32,000 nucleotides of DNA. Source: Chloroflexi bacterium HGW-Chloroflexi-4. Its GTDB lineage: Bacteria > Chloroflexota > Anaerolineae > Anaerolineales > Anaerolineaceae. A model generated the notes under the pieces. That model saw nothing but the letters and a program-made list of their open reading frames with translations. It was not told the origin of the DNA and made no database searches. The stretch covers positions 203,445-235,444 of the forward strand of contig PHBW01000013.1 in the NCBI GenBank assembly GCA_002840715.1, given 5' to 3'. The first letter of the stretch is position 1, and each line of letters opens with the position of its first letter. Positions 25,495 through 32,000 of the stretch are shown here, one piece after another. A program made the position numbers and the translations under genes.

Positions 25495-25869
25495 ATGTCA
25501 CTCTTCAAAAACGTAAATGTTGTCTCTTATCACGTGACCGATTGGGAAAAAGCCAAGAAATTTTATCAGGAAACCCTGGAATGGCCGGTCGTTTTCATCA
25601 GTGACGAAGTGGGTTGGATGGAATTTGGCCTTGAAAATGAAACTCACCTCTCCATCGAACGGTGGAATGGCCCCGAGTCAGCCCCACCAAAAAATGGCGG
25701 TGCCACTGCCGTCTTATCAGTTGAAGACGCCGTCGAGACCACAAAAGTCCTGCGCGCCCGCGGCGTCCGCTGTGAGGATGCAGTCACCATCCCCGGGATG
25801 GTGTGTTATGGCACTTTTTACGATCCTGAAGGCAATCGGTTGCAATTTGCCTCAAATGTCGCAGATTAA
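25495..25869 (+). CDS. VOC-family (glyoxalase/bleomycin-resistance/dioxygenase fold) protein
   Basis: 124 aa. HVTDWEKAKKFYQETLEW... and ...YGTFYDPEGNRLQF are typical VOC beta-alpha-beta-beta-beta modules. AGGAG lies upstream. Confidence 0.8.
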   Translation: MSLFKNVNVVSYHVTDWEKAKKFYQETLEWPVVFISDEVGWMEFGLENETHLSIERWNGPESAPPKNGGATAVLSVEDAVETTKVLRARGVRCEDAVTIPGMVCYGTFYDPEGNRLQFASNVAD

Positions 25870-25882
25870 CCCAAATAACAGA

Positions 25883-25920
25883 GATGCCGAATCCCAACAA
25901 AGGATTCGGCATCATACTTT
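25883..25920 (+). terminator. Hairpin terminator after the VOC gene
   Basis: gatgccgaatcc (25883-25894) pairs perfectly with ggattcggcatc (25902-25913). The tail atacttttt follows. Confidence 0.6.
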
Positions 25921-25945
25921 TTAATTACCTAAATTCAATCCTGAA

Positions 25946-27157
25946 TCAAGGAAGTCTCAATCTTATCATCCACGTGCCGGCGGGTTCTTCTTCAACCTTG
26001 GAATAAACTCCTGTCAAATGTATCCAGGTGTTGCCTGGCTGCAATTGGAAAGGATTTCCTTCAGCATCAAAAAATTGAATCGGGGTATCCCAACCTGCTT
26101 TATAGAATACATCATAAATTTTGCCATCGCGGCAGATCAATGCACGGCCTTTGGCACCTTGAATTTCATATTCATGGATGGAATCAGTATCTCCGTTTAA
26201 GACATTCAGTTTTGCAAAGATCGTGATCACATTGGAGGTGGATAACTGCTCCCCGTTGTTACGGTCCACCAACGGAATCATTCGTGAGTTACCGCTGCCG
26301 TCCACTTCATCGATCCAGTGCATGTACTTTTTAGTTAGAGGATCATAGATCCATTGGTGATTGATATTTTTACCAAATCGCATGGTGAACTGATTAGCTG
26401 GCACACCGCCAGCCGGAGGCACTGTTGCAAAGGCCATGCCGTCCAGATTGGGTTTGTCGTTGGTCGCATAATCTTTGGAGGCGTAATAAGCCGTCATTTC
26501 AGCGGTATTGCCAAACACGCTGGTTTCGGTGTTTGGTCCATCATCGCAAATTGCCTTAAATTGTTCGTTGCAATGTTCGGTATTCACCACCCGTCCACCC
26601 AGAGTACCCAAAATGGCATCCAATTCTGGCTTCCAGGCAGAGATGATGCCGATAATACCTTGATACATTTGGGTAAGTGGGATATCCACCAAACGGCCAG
26701 ACCGCATAGATCCAACCCTGGTGTCGTCTTTGCCGTAATACAGGGCCACAAAGCGGTCAAGCCCATTGCCGATGTAATAGTCAAATACAATATCTGCGTT
26801 AGTTAATCCCGCGTGCGGACGTCCCGCCGCTTGATTGGCAACCTTCATCATCACCGGTCTGCGGTCAAGAATCGCAGGGTCTTCCACTTCCAATCCGGTC
26901 AATGGATTTACATTCGCTGGAAAATTCGTTGGACCATAAGCGACTGTAATGGGTGTGGGTGAAGCTGTTGGGGTGGCCGTGCTGGTGGCTGTCGGGATGG
27001 GTGTGGAGGTTGGTGCGGCAGTCAATGTTTGTGCAACACCAGCCTGCATGGTTTGCTCAGCAGTCACAGGGTCCGGGGTCGCGGTTTGACACGCGCTCAA
27101 ACCGAGTGTAATTAAGAATAGAATCGTGACAATTTTTTGTGAAAGATGTTTTGGCAT
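25946..27157 (-). CDS. DUF3048-family secreted lipoprotein
   Basis: Lipobox LGLSAC followed by a Thr/Pro linker. NPLTGLEVEDPAILDRRPVMMKVANQAAGRPHAGLTNADIVFDYYIGNGLDRFVALYY matches the PLTG...RP..VKI.N...ARPQ.GL..AD.V.E......TRF.A.. core of DUF3048. Confidence 0.75.
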   Translation of the reverse strand: MPKHLSQKIVTILFLITLGLSACQTATPDPVTAEQTMQAGVAQTLTAAPTSTPIPTATSTATPTASPTPITVAYGPTNFPANVNPLTGLEVEDPAILDRRPVMMKVANQAAGRPHAGLTNADIVFDYYIGNGLDRFVALYYGKDDTRVGSMRSGRLVDIPLTQMYQGIIGIISAWKPELDAILGTLGGRVVNTEHCNEQFKAICDDGPNTETSVFGNTAEMTAYYASKDYATNDKPNLDGMAFATVPPAGGVPANQFTMRFGKNINHQWIYDPLTKKYMHWIDEVDGSGNSRMIPLVDRNNGEQLSTSNVITIFAKLNVLNGDTDSIHEYEIQGAKGRALICRDGKIYDVFYKAGWDTPIQFFDAEGNPFQLQPGNTWIHLTGVYSKVEEEPAGTWMIRLRLP

Positions 27158-27205
27158 AAATTTGCTCCTGTTTCCAAAAACGCTTCAAATTTCAGCGCTT
27201 TCAGG

Positions 27206-27236
27206 ATTATACACTCAAAAAAGCACCATTCGTCAA
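27206..27236 (-). promoter_or_regulatory. Sigma-70-like promoter with extended -10 for the DUF3048 gene
   Basis: The minus strand reads TTGACG (27236-27231), a 19-nt spacer, then TG-TATAAT (TATAAT at 27211-27206). A ~45-nt leader ends in AGGAG. The spacer is longer than optimal. Confidence 0.4.
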
Positions 27237-27272
27237 GAGAAAAGAAAACCAGAGAGCCGTGGCTCTCTGGTT
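27237..27272 (-). terminator. Rho-independent terminator after the PD40 gene
   Basis: The minus strand reads aaccagagagcc-ac-ggctctctggtt, followed by ttttcttttctctt. Confidence 0.7.
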
Positions 27273-27289
27273 AATCACTCCAATTTTTT

Positions 27290-28684
27290 TTATCGATTGA
27301 CTGAAAAAACCAAGTAATTCGGCGGGGTTGCCGCACTTTCATAGATCAAGCCGGTCGGCGCTCCGAGTGTGCCCAGCAATAATCTGGATGTGCCTGCACC
27401 CTGAGAAACCACCAGGTAACGGTTGGCATCCAGCCATTTGATCTGGCCGGCATTGGCGTAATCTGCAATGGCCACTGGTGCTGCCCCAACCTGGCCAATA
27501 TAAGGTGTGTTGGTGCCGCCGCTTCCGATTGCATAATAAAAGTGGGTGTTATCTGGCGACCAGACAGGATTCTCATTGAAACTTCCATTGACATATGCCA
27601 CACTGGGAGTTCCATCAAAAAATCCGACGTTTAGTGTGTAAGCGTTATCGGCTGGCGCTCCAAATCTGGTGAAATAAATAAATTTACTTTGGTCAGGCGA
27701 AAAAGCGACATTTCCGCCTTCCAAAAATGGCATCTGGGTCTGCAAGAATATTTCCCCAGATAAACCATCTGCTGCCCATCGATAGATGCGCGAATCTCCA
27801 GGTACCGCATCCCACGGGTTGGCCGGCGGAACACCCGCCACCAAATTGGCACTATCCTCTGACCAGGAAGGTGAGGCAACCCAGGCATACTCGGAGGCAG
27901 TGTTCACAAAATCGTAATAAATTTCATTCAATTTCAACACGCTGCCATTCGCATAATACATATCCACTTGGGTCGGCAGGCTAATGGCGATTTTTGTAGC
28001 ATCCGGCGAATATATGAACTTCCATGATGATGACCCGGTGGACAACAGCGTCGTCAACGCACTGGTTTCAGCATTCACAAGATAAAGGTTTTCGCTGTAA
28101 GCCAAACCGGGGCCTTCATATAAGGTGCGCGTATTGAATGCCAAAACATGGCTGTTAGGCACCCACGCAATCTGCCCGACGTCTGAACCAATCGATTCAG
28201 CAGGTCTTGGCAGTGCATTCAAGGTGATTGCATCCAACAATGTGTGCCTGTTGCTGCCATCAATATTGATAACTTCAAGCGAAACAAATTGATAATCCAT
28301 GGTACGGATAAACGCAACCATCGATCCATCTGGCGAGATAAAAGAGCAGCAAATATTTTCCGGTCCCACCAACATCACCGGCGCCCCCATACCATCCGAC
28401 CATGTATAAAGGCTGCCCTCAGGGGTTGCAAAACTTACTCGCAGGGGTGCTGCTTCAACAAGAGGCGGCAATGTCGGCAGCTCTTCGGCCGGCGAAAGTG
28501 TTATTTCATGCGGGATGGCTGTAATCAAGCTTTCGGCTGTGCCTGCCAGTGCAGCAACCGTGCCTGCCACGGAGGTGGCAGCATTGTCAATTGCCGCACC
28601 GCTTGGGATGGAGATGCCGCAAGACAGGCTGACTAATACTAGAACCATTAAACCTGCAATGATGGAACGTGTTTTACGATTCAT
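27290..28684 (-). CDS. Secreted lipoprotein with TolB-like PD40 beta-propeller repeats
   Basis: Lipobox LVSLSCG. Recurrent SPDG/SPD motifs (ISPDGSMVAF, YSPDATKIAI, FSPDQSKFIY, WSPDNTHFYY) are typical of PD40/WD40-like propeller blades. GGAGG lies 8 nt upstream. Confidence 0.6.
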   Translation of the reverse strand: MNRKTRSIIAGLMVLVLVSLSCGISIPSGAAIDNAATSVAGTVAALAGTAESLITAIPHEITLSPAEELPTLPPLVEAAPLRVSFATPEGSLYTWSDGMGAPVMLVGPENICCSFISPDGSMVAFIRTMDYQFVSLEVINIDGSNRHTLLDAITLNALPRPAESIGSDVGQIAWVPNSHVLAFNTRTLYEGPGLAYSENLYLVNAETSALTTLLSTGSSSWKFIYSPDATKIAISLPTQVDMYYANGSVLKLNEIYYDFVNTASEYAWVASPSWSEDSANLVAGVPPANPWDAVPGDSRIYRWAADGLSGEIFLQTQMPFLEGGNVAFSPDQSKFIYFTRFGAPADNAYTLNVGFFDGTPSVAYVNGSFNENPVWSPDNTHFYYAIGSGGTNTPYIGQVGAAPVAIADYANAGQIKWLDANRYLVVSQGAGTSRLLLGTLGAPTGLIYESAATPPNYLVFSVNR

Positions 28685-28774
28685 AAAAATATCCTCCGCC
28701 TTAAAACGAATAAGACTTAATTACTCTAATTATACAAAGACTAAAATAAATAGCAAATGATTTAATCATTTCGA

Positions 28775-28802
28775 TTGACCAGTTATTGTCCTTCTATATA
28801 AT
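28775..28802 (+). promoter_or_regulatory. Sigma-70-like promoter for the ICMT-like gene
   Basis: TTGACC (28775-28780), a 16-nt spacer, then TATAAT (28797-28802). Confidence 0.45.
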
Positions 28803-28829
28803 AAATGTGAGAATCGAAAGAGGCAGAAA

Positions 28830-29381
28830 ATGGTTAAATGGATAATAGTTGCAATACTTGCCGTTGTGATTGCCATTATTTCACGGGCATCTTTGCTCAA
28901 GCTACGTTCTCATGGCTTTTGGCGATTTTTCGCATGGGAATTCATTCTCTTCCTGATTGCGTTCAACCTTGGTGCATGGTTTGTTGATCCATGGTCATGG
29001 CACCAGATGATTGCCTGGTTGCTCCTATTTAGTGCATTGGTGCCTCTTTTTTTCGGTGTCCGAACCTTAATCACCCGGGGAAAACCAACTTCGATCAGGG
29101 ATGGCGAACCTCAACTCTTGGCTTTTGAAAAAACCACAAAGCTGGTGACGACTGGCATTTATCATTACATACGTCATCCACTTTACAGTTCATTATTACT
29201 GCTAACTTGGGGCGCATTCTTTAAATTACCTTCCTTGCTTGCCGGTGGGCTTGCCATTGCATCCAGCATCTGCCTTTATTTAACGGCCATCGCTGATGAA
29301 AAAGAATGCATCAGGTATTTCGGTGATGATTACCATGATTACATAAAGGTCACAAAAAGATTTATCCCATTTATCTTTTAG
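28830..29381 (+). CDS. Isoprenylcysteine carboxyl methyltransferase (ICMT)-like membrane methyltransferase family protein
   Basis: 183 aa with 4-5 TM segments. The C-terminal LVTTGIYHYIRHPLYSSLLLLTWG motif is typical of the ICMT/PEMT-like family. Confidence 0.72.
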   Translation: MVKWIIVAILAVVIAIISRASLLKLRSHGFWRFFAWEFILFLIAFNLGAWFVDPWSWHQMIAWLLLFSALVPLFFGVRTLITRGKPTSIRDGEPQLLAFEKTTKLVTTGIYHYIRHPLYSSLLLLTWGAFFKLPSLLAGGLAIASSICLYLTAIADEKECIRYFGDDYHDYIKVTKRFIPFIF

Positions 29382-29480
29382 ATGCCTTTGAGTAATTTGA
29401 TCTCCCAGATTAACTCCTTTCTAACCTGTATGGACAATTCAGGATTTTTCGACTTATAATTTGGGTATTGAGGTCAATGC

Positions 29481-30470
29481 ATGTTTGCGCATACCCGTTC
29501 CATTTACAAACAACTTTTACCCGGTCTCATCCTCGGCATAATCGCTCTGGTGGGTCTGGCTTTGTTGGGCAACGCCAAACACGTCGTCAGTCTGTTTGGT
29601 ACTTTTCAATGGCTCAACTTCGGGCTGGCGATTGCTTTAAGTTTTCTCAATCAAGCCCTGCGTTTTCTTAAACGCGCCATTAACTTTCATACGTCAGGTG
29701 TACGCAACGTCAGCTTTATTGAATCCATGGTCTTGTTCATGATCTGCCTGCCGCTCTCGGTCACCCCCAGCCGTGTCGGGGAGTCTTTCAAAGGCATCTG
29801 GCTCTTCAAGCGGTCGGGCATTCCCGTTGAACGCGCTGTATCAGTATTTATGGTCGAACAGATCGCTGACGGGTTGAGTGTTTTCGTTTTGATGGTCATC
29901 GGCACTTTCGCCTATCCCTCCCTCTGGCCTTTGTTTCTCAGTCTCTTTTTAGCCTTTCTCGGCCTGCTGGTTTATTTCAAGATTCCCCAGCCCGAAGGCG
30001 GACCTTCCTTACTCAGTAACAAAGTGCCCATTTTGAAACAGATCATTCCGCATTTGCGCGAATGTATTGATGCCAATCCTGCCCTGTTTACAATTGGCAA
30101 TATGGCCGTTTCGTTCCTGCTTGGCATTCTCTCATGGGCGGCTGAAGGCGCAGCCCTGTTTATGATACTAAGGGGATTGGGGTTCGCACCCTCCTTGCCG
30201 CTTATCGCCACCGCCATCCTCGTTTTCGCCTTTGCCACCACTGTCAGCCTTGCCAGCCGTCTACCCGGCGGATTGGGCGTGATGGAAGTTGCTATGGCCA
30301 TGCTACTCACCCTGCTGCTCGATTTTCAGCCTGATAAAGCTGTGGCAGCCACAATTTTATTCAGATTGGCTACATTTTGGGTAACCTTTATATTCGGTCT
30401 TGGGCTCTGGTCTGTTGCCGGTAAACCACTCGGAATCAAAAGCCAGGAAGGCCGCATCATTGAAGGTTGA
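29481..30470 (+). CDS. UPF0104 / lysylphosphatidylglycerol-synthase-TM-region family (flippase-like) membrane protein
   Basis: 329 aa with ~8 TM segments. The characteristic SRLPGGLGVMEV motif and the tail ILFRLATFWVTFIFG are present. GAGGT lies 8 nt upstream. Confidence 0.7.
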   Translation: MFAHTRSIYKQLLPGLILGIIALVGLALLGNAKHVVSLFGTFQWLNFGLAIALSFLNQALRFLKRAINFHTSGVRNVSFIESMVLFMICLPLSVTPSRVGESFKGIWLFKRSGIPVERAVSVFMVEQIADGLSVFVLMVIGTFAYPSLWPLFLSLFLAFLGLLVYFKIPQPEGGPSLLSNKVPILKQIIPHLRECIDANPALFTIGNMAVSFLLGILSWAAEGAALFMILRGLGFAPSLPLIATAILVFAFATTVSLASRLPGGLGVMEVAMAMLLTLLLDFQPDKAVAATILFRLATFWVTFIFGLGLWSVAGKPLGIKSQEGRIIEG

Positions 30471-31104
30471 TTTTCACAGCCACACCTATTATTCATCAGA
30501 CAGCCTAACGTCCATCCCCGCCTTGATCCAGGCAGCTCGCAAACGCGGATTGGACAAGTTAGTGGTCACCGACCACAACTCAATTGGCGGCGCGCTTGAA
30601 GCATTCCGCATAGCACCTGATCTGATCATTGTGGGTGAAGAGGTTCAAACCACCCAGGGAGAGTTCCTGGCAGCGTACGTCACCGTGCCCCTGCCCAAAC
30701 GGCTTGAACCGCAGGAGGCGCTTATGCGCCTCAAAGATCAGGGCGCTTTTATCAGCATCTCGCATCCCTTTGATCCGCAGCGCTCAGGTTGGCCGCTCGA
30801 GACGCTTGAATGGCTAGCTCCGCAGCTTGACGCCGTTGAAGTGCGCAACGCCCGCGTAGTGGATGCCAACTACAACAAACTCGCACTCGAATTTGCCATG
30901 AGCCACAACCTGCCTGGCAACGCCGGTTCTGACGGTCATCACCAAAATGAGATAGGCCGCTGCTACACCGAACTTCCCGAGTTCCACGACGCCGAGTCTT
31001 TGCGCAACGCCATTCGCAGCGCCCAGCCCATGGGCAAAATCTCATCCCCGCTTGTGCATTTTTACTCGGTTTGGGCTCGCATCAAAAAGAGCTCGGCCAA
31101 ATAG
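30460..31104 (+). CDS. PHP-domain metal-dependent phosphoesterase
   Basis: KVDFHSHTYYSSDS, LVVTDHNSIGG, ISISHPFD and GSDGHH are PHP metal-ligand motifs. The start is uncertain. I favour TTG 30460, which has AGGAAGG 8 nt upstream and overlaps the upstream gene by 11 nt. The ORF-track ATG 30400 would overlap it by 71 nt. Confidence 0.78.
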   Translation: MKVDFHSHTYYSSDSLTSIPALIQAARKRGLDKLVVTDHNSIGGALEAFRIAPDLIIVGEEVQTTQGEFLAAYVTVPLPKRLEPQEALMRLKDQGAFISISHPFDPQRSGWPLETLEWLAPQLDAVEVRNARVVDANYNKLALEFAMSHNLPGNAGSDGHHQNEIGRCYTELPEFHDAESLRNAIRSAQPMGKISSPLVHFYSVWARIKKSSAK

Positions 31105-31166
31105 GCACGCAAACACCCCTTTTCACTTGACGATGTATTCAAATGCGATAAAATTGAAGATGCGTT

Positions 31167-31240
31167 GGGGCGGTGGCGGAATCGGCAGACGCAACGGACT
31201 TAAAATCCGTCGATGGTGACATCGTGAGGGTTCGACCCGC
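31167..31240 (+). pseudogene. tRNA-Leu(UAA)-like remnant, intact through the T-loop but lacking the 3' T-stem and acceptor strand
   Basis: The elements run in order:
- 5' acceptor strand GGGGCGG, then TG.
- D-arm GCG-GAATCGGCAGA-CGC.
- Anticodon stem ACGGA/TCCGT with loop CTTAAAA (anticodon TAA).
- Long variable arm CGATG-GTGA-CATCG.
- GAGGG-TTCGAC.

The sequence then continues CCGCAAAC instead of the expected T-stem (CCCTC) and acceptor complement (CCGCCCC). Confidence 0.5.
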
Positions 31241-31267
31241 AAACACTCCTTTTTGGAGTGTTTTTTT
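31241..31267 (+). terminator. Rho-independent terminator
   Basis: aaacactcc (31241-31249) pairs with ggagtgttt (31255-31263) around the loop ttttt. The T-run extends to 31267. Confidence 0.75.
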
Positions 31268-31278
31268 GTTCTATCTGA

Positions 31279-31300
31279 TGTCATTGGAGCCCGCAAAACA
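31279..31300 (+). repeat. Partial extra copy of the repeat head (tgtcattg-gagcccgcaaaaca)
   Basis: It matches the head of the 70-nt repeat (tgtcattgcgagccc) with a 1-nt deletion. Its gagcccgcaaaaca tail also resembles gacccgcaaaca at the tRNA breakpoint (31234-31245). Confidence 0.5.
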
Positions 31301-31306
31301 AAAAAA

Positions 31307-31376
31307 TCTGTCATTGCGAGCCCCACAATTTTTGGCCAGAAATTCAATGTTGAATTTACGGGGCGAAGCAATCCCC
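31307..31376 (+). repeat. 70-nt repeat, left copy (terminal inverted repeat of the GIY-YIG cassette)
   Basis: Head tctgtcattgcgagccc (31307-31323), ~33-nt variable core, tail tacggggcgaagcaatcccc (31357-31376). Head and tail can pair (attgc/gcaat and gccc/gggc). Confidence 0.65.
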
Positions 31377-31406
31377 AATTTGTTTTAATATGGAAAAATC
31401 CTTAAA

Positions 31407-31721
31407 TCACTCAGTTACCCCCTCGACATTTCCAAATTCTTTTTCCCACAAATCTTCCCAATTTGGATTCATATAATTGATCAAGTTAAGCTTTTTTTGT
31501 CTGGACCCTGCTTTAATCTGCTTTTCTCTGGCGATCGCTTTGTTTACATCTTCAAACCCTTCGAAATACACCAATTTATATACGTTATATTTTGCTGTAA
31601 ACCCTGGATGAACCTTATCTTTATGCTCAAGAACTCGATTGTAAATATCACTCGTCACACCGGTGTAGAGCACGGTGTTGTATTTGTTTGTCAAGATATA
31701 AAAATGGTAAGCACTATGCAT
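31407..31721 (-). CDS. GIY-YIG nuclease family protein (small UPF0213-type)
   Basis: From M51 of the ORF: MHSAYHFYILTNKYNTVLYTGVTSDIYNRVLEHK...GFTAKYNVYKLVYFE...AIAREKQIKAGSRQKKLNLI is a canonical GIY-(n)-YIG core. The 50 upstream codons of the ORF track are a read-through of the flanking repeat. Confidence 0.85.
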   Translation of the reverse strand: MHSAYHFYILTNKYNTVLYTGVTSDIYNRVLEHKDKVHPGFTAKYNVYKLVYFEGFEDVNKAIAREKQIKAGSRQKKLNLINYMNPNWEDLWEKEFGNVEGVTE

Positions 31722-31754
31722 AAAATATTTTATATCCAAATGAAAAACAATAAA

Positions 31755-31824
31755 GGGGATTGCTTCGCCCTGTACGCTCTTTGTCACCTTAAGAATTTGG
31801 ATTTGCAGGGCTCGCAATGACAGA
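31755..31824 (-). repeat. 70-nt repeat, right copy (inverted)
   Basis: The reverse complement reads tctgtcattgcgagccc ... gtacagggcgaagcaatcccc. The length and both conserved ends match the left copy, but the central core is different. Confidence 0.65.
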
Positions 31825-32000
31825 ATTTGTGGGGATATAAGAACGATTAACATTAAACATAATCCCCTCAAAGATTTTTCACTGATAAAAATAAGAAAAG
31901 TGAATCTTAATTAATTATTGACCTCTCCGGATTTATTTTTTCCCTCTAAATCATTTTTCTCTGTAATCTCTACCTGGTTCGAATCACCTCTAGTTTAATT

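Larger units (their letters stand above)
31307..31824 (-). mobile_element. Candidate 518-bp GIY-YIG cassette bounded by 70-nt imperfect terminal inverted repeats
   Basis: The conserved 17-nt heads face outward and the 19-20-nt tails face inward on both sides of a single small nuclease gene. The cassette lies beside a truncated tRNA gene. Mobility is inferred, not shown. Confidence 0.35.

Noticed and set aside
30400-30459. ATG 30400 as the PHP gene start
   Set aside because: It would add 20 residues with no PHP similarity and overlap the upstream gene by 71 nt. TTG 30460 has an AGGAAGG RBS and gives the usual M-K-x-D-x-H-x-H N-terminus. It is kept as an alternative, not excluded.
31123-31388. 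82-aa (minus) and 71-aa (plus) ORFs covering the tRNA-like remnant, terminator and repeat copies
   Set aside because: They run through a tRNA-like structure, a terminator hairpin and repeat units. They have no RBS. Their peptides (for example ...SLRAPQFLARN...GEAIPNLF) are simply translations of the repeat motifs.
31722-31871. 50-codon N-terminal extension of the GIY-YIG ORF in the six-frame track
   Set aside because: The extension translates the right-hand 70-nt repeat (SLRALQ..., QGEAIP). The conserved GIY-YIG core begins at the internal Met (31721).
31976-31985. GGTTCGAATC T-loop-like motif near the window end (possible tRNA, or the missing 3' half of tRNA-Leu)
   Set aside because: The flanking bases do not form a T-stem (cctgg vs cacct). 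No acceptor, D or anticodon arms can be drawn on either strand. There is no complement to the GGGGCGG acceptor strand.

Overview
Gene-dense chromosomal window with about 28 credible CDSs, one degenerate tRNA-like remnant, many hairpin terminators, and no rRNA or CRISPR array. The organism cannot be named from sequence alone. Lipoprotein-anchored binding proteins, Thr/Pro-rich secreted proteins and a leaderless promoter suggest a monoderm, possibly Chloroflexota-like, bacterium, but this is low confidence.

Gene order, left to right:
- FAD-linked oxidase (3' end only), then etfB and a ferredoxin-fused etfA, which together look like a bifurcating-type, Lct-like module.
- A 1338-aa secreted papain-family protease carrying an in-cis chagasin-like inhibitor domain, a PPC domain and six Cys-paired FN3-like repeats. 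A GT-C membrane glycosyltransferase is transcribed divergently from it.
- A merR, aldo/keto reductase and EamA exporter operon.
- An OmpR-type response regulator, a histidine kinase and an HtrA protease (envelope-stress-type module).
- An FTR1 iron permease.
- An LsrB-type (autoinducer-2 receptor family) lipoprotein followed directly by an orphan membrane PAS histidine kinase.
- Pirin, an MFS transporter and an orphan lipoprotein.
- An NTF2-like protein, an M29 aminopeptidase, an isochorismatase-like hydrolase and a VOC protein.
- DUF3048 and PD40 beta-propeller lipoproteins.
- An ICMT-like methyltransferase, a UPF0104 flippase-like protein and a PHP phosphoesterase.
- A 3'-truncated tRNA-Leu(UAA)-like remnant next to a small GIY-YIG nuclease gene bracketed by 70-nt inverted repeats.

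Most interesting candidate: the LsrB-like receptor paired with a sensor kinase and lacking any Lsr transporter genes in the window. This would be a LuxPQ-like logic built from an LsrB-type receptor.

Secondary candidates are the self-inhibited giant C1 protease with its adjacent glycosyltransferase, the GIY-YIG inverted-repeat cassette at a broken tRNA, and an SD-sequestering hairpin plus tandem direct repeats in front of htrA.

All family calls come from reading motifs in the supplied translations. No database search was possible.
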